Shown: one piece after another, positions 15,180-29,394 of the stretch
Layout: each line of letters begins with the position of its first letter
Position numbering within the stretch: the stretch's first letter is position 1
Origin: Octopus vulgaris
Lineage: Eukaryota
Reading direction: 5' to 3'
Length of the DNA: 64,000 nt
NCBI GenBank assembly: GCA_951406725.2
Contig: OX597826.1
Location: forward strand, 52,328,001-52,392,000
The notes under the pieces: model-generated
The model's input: the letters and a program-made list of their open reading frames with translations, nothing else
Told to the model about the DNA's origin: nothing
Database searches by the model: none
Program-made: the position numbers and the translations under genes

Positions 15180-15650
15180 TTGGTACCAAAGGTAACTCCA
15201 TGTATATTGAGATGGAGTTTGATGGTAGAAGGTAAACAAAAACGAATCCTTCTCTATTGATACTCAGCATGGGTACTCATCTTGACGGTGCATACATAAA
15301 AATGTTTCATGCAGTTCTCAGTCTTTCTTGGTAGCAACATCTTACAAAGTAGCGACTGTATGCCTGTCTTCCTATTGTTACCACAGTAATCAGAGAAACA
15401 AGAACACGTTATGTATGTCACTGTTGGAGAAGCAGAGATGAAATATCTTGTGATCTCCTATTCCGGAAATCCCCGCATGGACATACAGGTAACGACAGAC
15501 CAAGAAGAGTATATGTCGATCAATTTGTTCAAGACACTGGATATCAAATGGAGGATATGAAGACAGCTATTGAAGATTAGGACATCGGGTGTGGACGAGT
15601 TGCATTGATGTGGACAAGTCAACCGACCGGATAGACATAAGTAGGATAGA
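15180..15650 (+). mobile_element. 3' fragment of an RTE-clade LINE (degenerate)
   Basis: Translates with stops as ..SW*QHLTK*RLY..CHCWRSRDE..DLLF..HG..RPRRVYVDQ..DTG..EDM, the RTE C-terminal pattern. Confidence 0.7.
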
Positions 15651-16318
15651 TACAATAGGAAAAGTGAGAATGTATGGTAAAAAGTGATGATATACGTATT
15701 AAAGATTAAAATTTATAAAAAGAAAACTAAAGAAAATAGGGGTCAATTTGGTTAGTGAAAAAAAGGGGAGAAAAGCGCATATCAGTGTAGATGAAGTCAA
15801 TGGTGTCTAGGTACGCAACGTTCATGAATGATATGAGAAAAGACATGTGAAAGAGATGTATCTTAGGTAAGGGATAAAAAAGCAGTTGCAATATGAATGT
15901 GAAGTAAATGTAAAGTGTGATACAAAGTACAATAAGTCAGGGAATATACATCGTACCATCAAATGGTATGGAAAGAACAAGCCGAGAGACAAATTTAGAA
16001 GTTGGTTACATGTATTAGTTTTATGTAGCGTCTGGTTGGTTGTTCTATGTTTTGGTAGACAAGGGAAAGCATGTTTTTATACATTTATGAGGGGAGAGGA
16101 TCATTGAATGTAAAGAGCTCACTGGTATTGTAAGCATGTTGTTTCTGAATCGATTTGCGATAGCAAGAGATTCGCTTCTCCGAGTTTTTAGTTAGTAGTG
16201 GCCCCTTATCATAAAAGAACTTCAGTTGCTTCAACTGTATACAAATTAGATGGCTCGTTGCTGTTAAATGGTTGTGGTCTTTAAAGAATTATCCGTTAAT
16301 ACTACAAATATGTGCCAT

Positions 16319-16703
16319 TGGCTGTGTGGTAAGTAGCTTGCTAACCAACCACATGGCTCCGAGTTCAGTCCCACTGCGTGGCATCTTGGGCAAGTGTCTT
16401 CTGCTATAGCCTCGGGCCGAGTGGATTTGGTAGACGGAAACTGAAAGAAGCCCGTCGTATATATGTATATGTATATATATGTGTTTGTGTGTCTGTGTTT
16501 GTCCCCCTAGCATTGCTTGACAACCGATGCTGGTGTGTTTACGTCCCCGTCACTTAGCGGTTCGGCAAAAGAGACCAATAGAATAAGTACTGGGCTTACA
16601 AAGAATAAGTCCCGGGGTCGATTTGCTCGGCTAAAGGCGGTGCTCCAGCATGGCCGCAGTCAAATGACTGAAACAATTAAAAGAGTAAAAGAGTAAAAGA
16701 GAG
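16319..16703 (+). mobile_element. tRNA-derived CORE-like SINE with internal TA/TG microsatellite (family B)
   Basis: tggctgtgtggtaag A box, gttcagtccc B box, cttgggcaagtgtctt body, hairpin tail cagtcaaatgactgaaac, (taaaagag)n end. Confidence 0.9.
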
Positions 16704-17288
16704 TTACCAATTATATAAAGGCAGACAAGAAGTGGCTTTTCCTTCAATTAAGGCACAGAAAAACTTATGAACGTGAGTTGTGATTCAATTTAATTCAGTC
16801 ATTGGCTGCATGTCGTATATTAATCTATTTAAGTACTCAGTATTTCGGTGACACATTTTTGTGCTTTGCCAAAAATTTAAAATCCATGGATACAAGCAAG
16901 AATACTTACGGTTATGATTAGTAGTGTTATCTTCACCATTTCTGAATGAAAGAGGGCAAATAAAGAAAAAAGAAAAGAAAGACGTGTAAGAGGATGATGT
17001 AAAGGTGCCGTATTAGAAACAAAGTAAAAGTCTCCTAACTTGTAGCAGTTCTCTCATCAAAATCAAGTTTGTTTGTTGGGCATGAAGAATTTGAATGCTG
17101 AATGGGATAGATTGCACTAAAATTCTGAGAACTGCCTGCAGGAAATTACACTAACTGCGCATCACTTCTTCAAACCTCTGTAAAGGACTACCTGCGCATC
17201 TTCCTTCTCATCCAGTTTTGGATTCTATCTACGATGACCTGCCTTGACCTTGATCAAGTTGTAGTGCACCTGAGCACTGTACACAATG

Positions 17289-17376
<88 letters not shown>

Positions 17377-17549
17377 TTAAAATATCAGTAATGCAGACTT
17401 ACCTTATAACTGTTCTGGGACAATACCAGTGCACATGTCACCACCGTTATGAACATTCCTCAACTGAACTTTTGCTGATCTCAAGTTGTATCACTGTATA
17501 AATAAATGACTGTCATAATTTGACCTTGCTTGTTTGTATCTTTATCCCT

Positions 17550-17607
17550 CCATCAATCCATCCATGCATCCATCCATACATCCATCCATCCATCCATCCA
17601 TCCATCC

Positions 17608-17673
<66 letters not shown>

Positions 17674-17674
17674 G

Positions 17675-17706
<32 letters not shown>

Positions 17707-17726
17707 CATCCATCCATCCATCCATC

Positions 17727-17806
<80 letters not shown>
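17550..17806. repeat. (CCAT)n/(CTAT)n microsatellite
   Basis: Direct reading. Confidence 0.96.
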
Positions 17807-19294
17807 GCATGCCTCTCTATATATCAAGTTATCTACCAATCAGTCCATCTTTATCAGCAGCCAAATCCGTCCTTAGATGACTTTCTGCTGCACTTACAGA
17901 ACATTTACTAGCAGCACACAAACTGACAGAGCACTAACTGACTCCACTCTCTCCGTCTATCTTGTGGGCAATGAATTATTCTAGCTGCCGTCAACCATTT
18001 ACATACGTTTAATCCGACTTTGAAATTCGTTCCTTCTTAACAAACAATCTTTTTACATCAATATTTTTATCCGATAATTCAAATCTTAACAACTTTCACT
18101 TTTGATCTTCCGCTCACATCAGCATTCTGCACGTGTTCTGCATTTAGAATCAATGCAGTCGGCGATAAGGTAACTCATATATGTTGTGTACAAACAGTTA
18201 CTTCAGCTACCAGCGCCGAGATTCACAAGCACAAAAGAAACCAAAGTGCAGCACTGCAGCATAATTAAAGCACAGGTATATTTTAAAAGTGGTAGCATCA
18301 TGTTGAATGGCACACCTGTCCTTCAGAAAACGGAGGGTTTCTTCTCACGAGTATTTGTTCTTTTCAGAAACAATGGATTCAATGTAACAAATTGCCAACA
18401 ACTTTTAGACTTAACATTTGCATTTCTCTGTTCTAGCGTCATGGTTTTTTCAATGGTCTTTATTTATATTTAAGTTTGACATATGACTAAACTAAGATGT
18501 TGCACAGCAAAGCAGTCTATGCAGCTGCACCTTTGCATATTTTGGGTTGTTTAAATGAAAACAATTACGAAATCAGTATGACTGCACTCACACCATCTAT
18601 TCTTGTTTGTCCGTATAACTTTATCTTCTTTCTTAAGGTTTCTTGAACGCCACTCGATTAACATTGTAGAGATTGATTATTAACCATAAATTGTCCTTCA
18701 ATTAATACACATTAAAAGTGATTTGTCATAACTTCCCCATCACTTTGAGATTTTCAAGTAGTAGTTTCTTTGTCATTGATGTCATTTCAATTGTAATTAT
18801 TACAGTATTTTTGCTACTTCTCGGCAGTTATCGCTATTAAGGTATTCTATAAGCAAACATTCAATGTTCAATGCGTCACGATATCTATAAACGATTGCTC
18901 TTCTTCAGACTGGCTCTCATATGCTACTCATTTTATGATAACAGTCTAAATTCATCGCTTCTTGTTATTCTTCTAACCAATGATCGATTTTTCTTATTAA
19001 ATGAATTCTATTTTAAAAAAGCGCCATACGTTCTGAGTCATACCAACACTCTCGAGTCTGTGTTTGACTATGTCACTTTTATGTCCCATCAAATTCTCTA
19101 TTATATAGCTACAATAAAAGATATTGAACAGCTTTTTCCCACTATTGATTTACTCAACTTAACATTTTTCCTGATTCACAAATAAGTTGAACCATTCATG
19201 TCGCCTCCCCTCACCGACAATAAATATTCATTATAATTTGCTCTCTCCGTGAAAGACGTAATAATTCTATAGCATCTTTTTTTCCTTCTTCTTT

Positions 19295-19592
19295 CCTTTT
19301 ACTTCTTTCAGTCACTGAACTGCAGCCATGCAGAGATACCACCTTGAAGAGTTTAGCCAAACAAATCGACACCAATGTTTATTTGCTTTTTTTTTTACGT
19401 CTCGTGCTTATTCCATCGGGACTCTTTTTGACGAACCGCTAAGTTACAAGAACGTAAAGAAACCAACGTCAGTTGCCAAATCGTGGGGAAAGACATACAC
19501 ATACATACGACGCGCTTCCGCACAGTTTTCACCTAACAGATTCACACACATCCATATAGTAGAAGACACCTGTCTATGGTGCCATGCTGTGG
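19295..19592 (-). mobile_element. Old degenerate family B SINE
   Basis: gaaccgctaagttac, atagtagaagacacctg and tail motifs recognisable. Confidence 0.6.
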
Positions 19593-20234
19593 GACAACCC
19601 TTCTTCCAAGGATCCTGATGAATAGTTTGACTGATGAATAACACCCACAACCACATTACTATACTACACAATGATGGATATATTAGTTATTTCAAATTTA
19701 TCAGTTGCAATTTTGCTTACTTTTGGTATCACTAATACAGAACTTCGGATTCAGGTCAATCATAATTATAGCATGGCATACAACCACTGATTCTCATTAC
19801 ACACTTTTAATTATAGCATGGTATGAATATTACTTGTAATTATGGCATTGCATGAAAACCACAGATATGCATTGCTCACTGATAATTCTAACATGGCATG
19901 AACACCAAAGACTCTCATTGCTGCCAATTACTCTCCATATAAACGGTATTTAATTTGAGCTTTGACATCCTTAGTTGGTATGTAGACCTCTATGGGTGTC
20001 CTACATATTAGAGACCCCCCACTCAAAAAAAAAAAAAAAAACGAATAAAATTTTCCTCTATTCTACTTTAATTAAAAGAGAAGGACACTCTAGATAGTGA
20101 AATCTCGGAAACATTCTCTGAAAATAAAATAGAATAGTCAAGGCTGGAATATATATATCATTGACCAGCTTACTCAGTGACAAGTTAGTAATCATTGGAC
20201 ACGTCTAGCAATACATATTCCGTTATATATATAT

Positions 20235-20436
20235 AGTGTTATCCAAGGAAAAGGCAAAGGCCGTTACAGCTTAGCATCTGTGATGTCGCAGCTCTTTTCT
20301 ACAGCTGAGTGAACTGGAGCAACGTGAAATAAAGTGTCTTGCTCAAGAACACAACACGCAGCCTGGTCCGGGATTCGAACTCACAACCTCACGATCGTAT
20401 GTTCGAAGCTCTAACCACTGAGCCATGCACCTTCAC
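20235..20436 (-). mobile_element. tRNA-derived CORE-like SINE (family E)
   Basis: Minus strand tggctcagtggttag ... gagttcgaatccc ... ttcttgagcaagacactttatttcac. Confidence 0.8.
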
Positions 20437-20837
20437 ATGAGCCATGCGCGTCTGCACACCCATATATAAAAGTATATATTTGCACATACCACCCCTTCCT
20501 ACTTTGTCCCCTACAACTTGACCGATTTCTAATCGCCATGTGCTCTATTTCCTGTCCTCCAGGCGGTTAATTTCCTGTTCGCCAAGCGGTATTTTCCAAC
20601 TAACTGTTACCCATATACCAACATCAAATCATGACACCGCGTAACCTTCTCCGACCAATAGCAGCCCACCTTACGGTAATAACATTCAACTTCTATCATT
20701 CAAATTCCAAATGGCTGGCGACTAGCATCACGCTTGAAACTCAAGAGTACCAATGTATTTGAATCAAACTGTTTTGATCCATACATATAACTCTCAATAA
20801 ATTGGTTGAGTACCCTTCATTTTTTGTCCACTCACTC

Positions 20838-21022
<185 letters not shown>

Positions 21023-21748
21023 CAGCGATGACTTTCAGCGATGCCATCACTACAGTATTTTTTTCTTATAACATGAGCAGCAGAGATATGCCTTCTCCGG
21101 CCTAGTAAGGACTTGAACTCTATTGCAACTTGACCATGATGGTCGCCTCTAGCAGCAGGTGCTCAGGGAACTTAATGCCTACACTGACACATACATACAT
21201 ACATACATACATACATACATACATACATACATACATACATACATACATACATACATACATACATACATACATACATACACACACACATGTTTGTATGATT
21301 GCACTTATGCATAGTGAATTAATGATGGCTAAACATATAAGATGTTTTGCAAATTTTTGGTTTGGATGGTTTATATTTGTAATAACTTTAAGCATCTGCG
21401 TCGTTTTCATGGACCTCAGCTGAAGTAAAGTAATTAGAGACATGTTCAAGTGCCGTAATAATTACTAGTATGACACTATAAGTATACTCCGGGTGGATAA
21501 TCTGCAGGTTTATTTATTCGTTCAGTAACGATTCTTTAAAATCCTTCTAATACATGCTTAGCTATTTAGCTTCACTGTTTCCACATTCTTGTATGTCCTA
21601 CACAATTATGTTCGCTATTTTATCCATACATTTTCGCGGCAGTTACATTGGAGTATTCCACCAGTAAGTGTAATGTGTTTTGTGTGCGGGTGCGTCCATG
21701 TGAATGTAGGGATTCACGGCCTGAACAATTCCCCTCCTTTCAACTTCT

Positions 21749-21980
21749 TATTTCTTTGTTGCCCACAAGGGGCTAAACATAGAGGAGACAAACAGGGACA
21801 GACAAAGGGATTCAATCGATTACATCGACCCCAGTGCGTAACTGGTACTTAATTTATCGACTCCGAAAGGATGAAAGGAAAAGTCGACCTCGGCGGAATT
21901 TGAACTCAGATCGTAACGGTAGACGAAATACTGCTTAGCATTTCGCCCGGCGTGCTAACGTTTCTGCCAGCTCACCGCCT
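21749..21980 (-). mobile_element. SINE family A
   Basis: Reverse-complement match to 12107-12332. Confidence 0.9.
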
Positions 21981-22373
21981 TTAAACTTCTGGCTCCATCA
22001 ACACATGTTTGTACCGAGGTATCTGCCGGTGAGTGTAATTTTGTTTTTGAATATATGTGTTATTGTGTATATATGACCGTGTGCGTGTGTAGCCACTGTG
22101 CACCGGTAAGTATGTTCGTGCATGTGTTTCTGCATCTGTGTAAGTGAGTATGTAAGAGCACGCAGGCATTGTATGCATGCATGACTAGGTATGTGCGCAT
22201 TCGTGCGCACGAATGAGAATGTATTTTATTTGACAACAGCATAAAATTCTTTGTCCAGTTATAGGTAAATGGAATTGTTGCAGTAATCGTAATTGTTGTT
22301 AAAGTAGTAGTAGTAGTAGTAGTAGTAAGGCGGTGAGCGGGCAGAACCATGAGCACGTAAAACAAATTGCATA

Positions 22374-22885
<512 letters not shown>

Positions 22886-23495
22886 GCTGCTTTTCGTCCG
22901 TCTTTATCAGTTCAAATTCTGAAGAGATCGACTATGTTTTTTTTATCGTTTAGCGGTTTATAAAATAAGTACCAGTTGAGCATTGGTGTCGATGAAATCA
23001 CCGTGCCCCTCCCTCCGAAATTTCAGGTTTCGTGCCTATAATAGAAAAGATTATTATTATTATTTTAATCCTGTCTTATCAATATTATCATTACAAAATT
23101 CACTGGTGTTATTACCGCTGTCATTACGCAATTTTCTCCTCCAGCAATGCCTCTACCATTGAGGTGATGTAACGTCTTCTTTCTCTGTGAAAAGGGTCAA
23201 CAATCTGCTGAGACCCCATAGTAACAACGCACTGAACTGGCTTGAATGAACTAGTGTCCTCTACATTATACTGTGTGACTCCTTTACTGGATCGTTACCT
23301 GACAACAGATTTATGTGTGTGTGTGTGTGTATGTATGTGTGTGCGTGTGTGCGTGTGTCTTCGTGTTTGCGTTTGTTACCTACAACCGCTTGAAAACAGG
23401 TGTTAGTGTGTTTACGTCCCCGTAAATTAGCGGTTCGGCAAGAGTCCGATAGAAAAAGTACCAGGATTAACAAAAGAAAAAAACATATATGTATA

Positions 23496-23908
23496 GGCGC
23501 AGGAGTAGCTGTGTGGTAAGTAGTATGTTTACCAACCACACGGTTTCGGGTTCAGTCCACTGCGTGGCACCTTGGGCAAGTGTCTTCTACTATAGCCTCG
23601 GGCCGACCAAAGCCTTGTGAGTGGATTTGGTAGACGGAAACTGAAAGAAGCCCGTCGTATATATGTATATATATATGCATGTGTGTGTTTGTGTGTCTGT
23701 ATTTGTCCCCCTAGCATTGCTTGACAACCGATGCTGGTGTGTTTATGTCTCCGTTACTTAGCGGTTCGGCAAAAAAGACCGATAAAATAAGTACTGGGCT
23801 TACAAAAGAATAAGTCCTGGGATCGAGTTGCTCGATTAAAGGCGGTGCTCCAGCATGGCCGCAGTCAAATGACTGAAACAAGTAAAAGAGTAAAAGAGAG
23901 TAAAAGAG
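23496..23908 (+). mobile_element. SINE family B nested in an older B-like copy (23350-23995)
   Basis: Full head to tail; older 3' half interrupted and resumed after 23908. Confidence 0.85.
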
Positions 23909-24130
23909 TACTGGGGTCGATTGATTCGATTAAATATTTTTCATGACAGTGCCCCAGCATGGCCGCAGTCTAATAACTGAAAGAAGTAAACGATTATAAG
24001 ATGCTAAAACAAATACACACACACACATACACGCACACTCACATATACACGCACACATTAATACATACATACACATTTGCGTACAAGTATTTTTGCATGC
24101 AGGTATGTTTATTGTATGTGTGTATAATGA

Positions 24131-24172
<42 letters not shown>

Positions 24173-24322
24173 GATTGAGAGAGAGAGAGAGGAGGAGAGT
24201 TAGTAGCGAGAAGAGAGATAGAGAAAGAGCAATTACATATGATATTATAACTAATAGTAAAACCCAATTTTGGAAAGCCAACGATTATACATATACACAC
24301 ACAAGATTACATTAATTGCAAA

Positions 24323-24532
24323 TACTCTTTTACTTGTTTCAGTTACTTGAATGTGGCCGTGCTGGAGCACCGCCTTTAGTCGAGCAAATCGACCCCACGA
24401 CTTATTCTTCGTAAGCCTAGTACTTATTCTATCGGTTTCCTTTTGTCGAACCGCTAAGTTACGGGGACGTAAACACACCAGCATCGGTTGTCAAGCGGTG
24501 TTGGGGGGACAAACACAAACACAGAAACATAT

Positions 24533-24563
<31 letters not shown>

Positions 24564-24579
24564 AATAAATAAATAAATA

Positions 24580-24650
<71 letters not shown>

Positions 24651-24812
24651 GACGGGCTTCTTTCAGTTTCCATCTACCAAATCCACTCATAAGGCTTTGG
24701 TTGGCCCGAGGCTATAGTAGAAGACATCTGCCCAAGGTGCCACGCAGTGGGACTGAACGCGGAACCATGTGGTTGGTAAGCAAGCTACTTACCACACAGC
24801 CACTCCTACGCC
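24323..24812 (-). mobile_element. SINE family B
   Basis: Reverse-complement match to other B copies. Confidence 0.9.
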
Positions 24813-25228
24813 TATTGATTACGAATTGGTGATAAAATAATAATTGTTGAGGATTAAAATAGTTTTGCTTTTCATGAAAAGTTACTTTATTTCATGTTAC
24901 ATTAATATCAAACTTCCTTAGTGGGGCATAGGGTCCAATGACCCCCTATGTTCTTATAGAAGATTAGGATTCATTGTATTTATCGAAACAATGACAAAAA
25001 AAAATCATTAAGTAAATATGCGGGAAGTTATATTGGATATAACAATATTACAGGCAACCTATCCGATTATGACTGACTGCCTGGAGGAATTAGATTGTCG
25101 ACGATACAACGAGAGGAGACGGTGGAAATCTTGATAATGAAAATCTTGGAAAATCTATTGCACATTATCTGTTATCTTCAGTATACAATTAGAAACAATA
25201 TACGACGACGACGGCGACAGTTAGAAGA

Positions 25229-25432
25229 TGTTGATTCGCTAGCTTCTGCACGCATTTTTTCTCTCTCCTTGTTTCTCTCCGTGTTTCTTTTCTGTGTATC
25301 TTTCTGTTGAAGAGCGTAGGCTCGAAACGTAAAAGACTTGTTTTATTTATATTCCTGAGCGCCATACTAATACAATTGTTTGTTTGTATTCCACCTGCCT
25401 TCGTCTTTTGTTTATTTTCATAAAGCTTTCCG

Positions 25433-25435
<3 letters not shown>
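25229..25435 (+). mobile_element. Short Penelope-like/retrozyme-type repeat with hammerhead-like fold at 25299-25336
   Basis: tcttt-CTGTTGA-a-gagc(gtag)gctc-GAAAC-GTA-aaaga. Related copies at 37448-37655 and 37780-37984; ends at a (TA)n tract. Confidence 0.65.
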
Positions 25436-25478
<43 letters not shown>

Positions 25479-25570
25479 GCGCGCGCACATATATATTAAC
25501 AGTATATCTATGTGTGTGTGAGTGTATATATATATATATATATATATATAACACACACACAGACATATAC

Positions 25571-25616
<46 letters not shown>

Positions 25617-25619
<3 letters not shown>

Positions 25620-25889
25620 TCGTTTTGAGATTTGGTTTGCAAGATTCTTTATGTGTGAGTTCGTGTGTTGAAGCATATTCTGTTGTGTCTAGGGAGAGTC
25701 ATTCTCTTTTCTGTGCGTTATAATTTAACACACTCACCGGTAAAATTTCCACTTATTTCTTATTTTTAATTTCCTAAAATTTTCGTTGCGTCTTGTAACC
25801 TTTTCAATAGTCAAGTCTATTAAAAAGGTTACAAGACGCAACGAAAATATACCTACGAAAAAGAGAATGATTCTCCCCAGACACAACAG
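25617..25889. mobile_element. Fold-back element with U3-A8 hammerhead-like motif (minus, 25774-25810)
   Basis: Nested inverted arms (25680-25710 vs 25858-25889; 25778-25810 vs 25817-25848). Minus strand cta-TTGAAAA-g-gttac(aagac)gcaac-GAAAA-TTT-tag. TA repeats on both sides. Confidence 0.6.
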
Positions 25890-26269
25890 TATATATATAT
25901 ACATATATAAGTGTAAGTCTAAATCTCTCTCTATGGATATATTATTTGTGTATTACTATTACGGCATATAATCAATGCTTAAAACTGCATATGTTCAGTG
26001 TTACTTCAGATGATGCAGACGTGAAGAGGGACAGAGATATTCTTACTGGAAGTCAATTTCGATATTTTGAAGACGTAATAAATTTTTACGTTTATTTTAC
26101 ACATACATCATTAACAATATCTACCATTTAAGGTAATATCTTATAAACGGAATCTGTTTATATCATCCAGTCATCAGAGATTGTCTAATAGCCTACAGGC
26201 GTCTTTATGTTATTAACACATTCATCAACTGTTACATACATGTATCCATGCGTCATGCATAATATATAT

Positions 26270-26691
26270 ACTCTTGTACTTTTTTACTCTTTTACTCTTT
26301 TACTTGTTTCAGTCATTTGACTGCGGCCATGCTGGAGCACCGCCTTTAATCGAGCAACTCGACCCCGGGACTTATTCTTTTGTAAGCCCAGTACTTATTC
26401 TATCGGTCTCTTTTGCCGAACCACTAGGTAACGGGGACATAAACACACCAGCATCGGTTGTCAAGCAATGCTAGGGGGACAAACACACTCACACAAACAC
26501 TCACACGCATATATTTTATATACATATATACGACGGGCCTCTTTCAGTTTCCGTCTACCAAATCCACTCACAAGGCTTTGGTCGGCCCGAGGCTATAGTA
26601 GAAGACACTTGCCCAAAGTGCCACGCAGTGGGACTGAACCCGGAACCATGTGGTTGGTAAACAAGCTACTTACCACACAGCCACTCCTGCG

Positions 26692-26693
<2 letters not shown>
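26270..26693 (-). mobile_element. SINE family B
   Basis: Reverse-complement match to other B copies. Confidence 0.9.
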
Positions 26694-26741
<48 letters not shown>

Positions 26742-27130
26742 GGTGCCCCAGCATGGCCACAGCTCATTAGCTGAAACTGGAAAATCAAAATCAAATCAAA
26801 TCATATATATATATACACAGATATATATGTATTTATATACATATATGCATAATGTGTTATATATATATGTATTTGTATGTATATGTTTGTATGTAGATAC
26901 ACACTCAAGCACGTGTGCGTGTGTGCGTATGTGTATGTGTGTGCGTATGTGTATGTGTGTGCGTATGTCTGTGTGTGTGTGTGTGTGTATCTGCTTTCAC
27001 TTATGGTTCATTCACACTTGTGAGATTTTTGCCAGTTTGAATACGGAAAATTCCTTGATGAAAAGCATCGAAATGTTTACTGCACTTGCAGACAGCTTGG
27101 CAAACGTAGTTATCCACCACCGCATTCTCT

Positions 27131-27527
27131 GTGGCTGTGTGGTAAGTAGCTTGTTTACCAGCCACGTGGTTCCGAGTTCAGTTCAGTCCCACTGCGTGGC
27201 ACCTTGGGCAAGTGTCTTCTACTATAGCCCCGGGCCTTGTGAGTGGATTTGGTAAACGGAAAGTGAAAAGAAGCCCGTCGTATATATATATATATATATA
27301 TATATGCATGTGTGTGTTTGTGTGTCTGTGTTTGTCCCCCTAGCATTGCTTGACAACCGATGCTGGTGTGTTTACGTCCCCGTAACTTAGCGGTTCGACA
27401 AAAGGAAACCGATAGAATAAGTACTAGGCTTACGAAGAATAAGTCCTGGGGTCGATTTGCTCGATTAAAAGCGGTGCTCCAGCATGGCCGCAGTCAAATG
27501 ACTGAAACAAGTAAAAGAGTAAAAGAG
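27131..27527 (+). mobile_element. SINE family B
   Basis: Match to other B copies. Confidence 0.9.
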
Positions 27528-27591
27528 AATATGCGTATATATATATATACACACATATAATATACTATATATACATACACAAATATATACA

Positions 27592-27645
<54 letters not shown>

Positions 27646-27687
27646 ATTTAAAAAAAGGAGATGTCGAACACGAGTGGTGATATATAA

Positions 27688-27894
27688 AAAAGGAAATGAA
27701 GAAAATGCTGACAAATAATTGAAGTAATTTAAGTAATTTAATTAGGTGAAAGTTCTTTTTACCGGTTGCGCATTTGTTATGCTTATCAAAATATATTTTG
27801 ATAAGCATAACAAATGCGCAACCGGTAAAAAGAACTTTCACCTAATTAAATTACTTAAATTACTTCAATTATTTGTCAGCATTTTCTTCATTTC

Positions 27895-27899
<5 letters not shown>
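27688..27899. repeat. Perfect 212-bp spacerless palindrome with hammerhead-like motif either side of the apex
   Basis: Axis between 27793 and 27794; ORFs 27494..27841(-) and 27746..28012(+) start with the same peptide. Plus strand TTGATAA-gcat(aacaa)atgc-GCAA-CCGG-TA-aaa at 27798-27830. Confidence 0.85.
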
Positions 27900-27947
<48 letters not shown>

Positions 27948-28333
27948 GTATACACACACGTATACATGTGAGTATGTATGTTACGCAGAACAGAAGTGTG
28001 TGGAGACACTGAGTGTACAGAAGAAGAATGAGTTGCAGGTGGAAATTCTGTTCGAGCTAAATGGAATGACTAAACTTTCGTGGGTGTGTACTGTAGTAAG
28101 TGTATATATGTAAGTGTGTGTGTATGTGTGTACATATGTGTGTGCGTGTGTGTGTGAATATACTAAAAGATAAGTCGGCATCGAAATAATCTCTCTTTCC
28201 CTTTGTCTGTCTGTCTCTCATTCTCACCGTGATTGTTTTCTTTATTTTCACTATTGTTTCGGCTACTGCCTTTGATCTATTGTCTTATAGTTGAATTTAA
28301 TTTGAGTGTGTATGCATAACAATTACTCAGTTG

Positions 28334-29075
28334 TGGAGGTGCAATGGCCCAGTGGTTAGGGTAGCGGACTCGCGGTTGTTGGATCACGGTTTCGATTCCC
28401 AAACCGGGCGTTATGAGTGTTTATTAAGCGAAAACACCTAAAAGCTCCACGTGGCTCCGGCAGTGGTTGGTGGCGAATCCTGCTGTACTATTTCCCCACA
28501 ACTTTCTCTCACTCTTTCTTCCTGATTCTGGTGCACCTGCATTTCAAAGGTGCCACGGATTACTTCGTTGCTTACAACGACGATTGTTCCAGTAGATCCG
28601 ATCAACGGAACAGGCTACTCGTGAAATTAACGTGCAAGTGGCTGAGCTTTCCTCAGACACGTGTACCCGTAACGTAGTTCTCAGGCAGATTCAGCGTGAC
28701 ACAGAATGTCAAAAGGCGGACTGTTTGAATTATTAGTACAACTCATTTTCGCCAGTTGAATGGTTGGGAGAAAGGTGAAATAAAAAGTCTTGCTCAAGAA
28801 CATAATGCACAGCCGGGATTGAACACAAGAGTAGTTTCTCGTTGCCTTCTCGAGGCAGCGCGATTTAAAACTAAGAATGTGGAGGGCCGGAAGATATACC
28901 GTAAAACATTTCTGCCGACGCGCCAACGATTCTTCCACCCACGCGTCTGCAGAGCAATGTGAAATGAAATATTTTGTTCAGGAACACAACGCGCCGTCCG
29001 GTTCGGGGAATTATAACCCACAATCTAGCGAGTATGAGTGCAACACTCTAACCACTAGGTTACGGCACTTCACAC
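28334..29075. mobile_element. Nest of SINE pieces: D head (+), D-type tail with CORE-like head (-), further minus-strand heads
   Basis: 28334-28549 matches the D head; 28550-28830 matches the D tail in the opposite orientation joined to a cttgagcaagac-type body. Confidence 0.75.
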
Positions 29076-29356
29076 ACACATACGTTTATATGCATATTTC
29101 TTTTTTCGTTTTCAGCAATTATCAATACTAATAATTGACACAAAATGTTATAGTCTTTAAACAATTAATGCTTAATATTCCTTCTTTGATCTACATCCAT
29201 GGACAGACTATTTCGGTATAATGTACATATTCAGGAAACAATAATAAAACAGTAAGTAGACAATTTATTATATTACATTTTATTTTTCAAGTATTTTCAT
29301 TTTAACGCAGATAAATAATAGACGGATAATAATATAGACAGATATATATATATTAT

Positions 29357-29394
<38 letters not shown>

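Noticed and set aside
19616-19640. Two adjacent CTGATGA heptamers
   Set aside because: No downstream stem II/GAAA; treated as chance.
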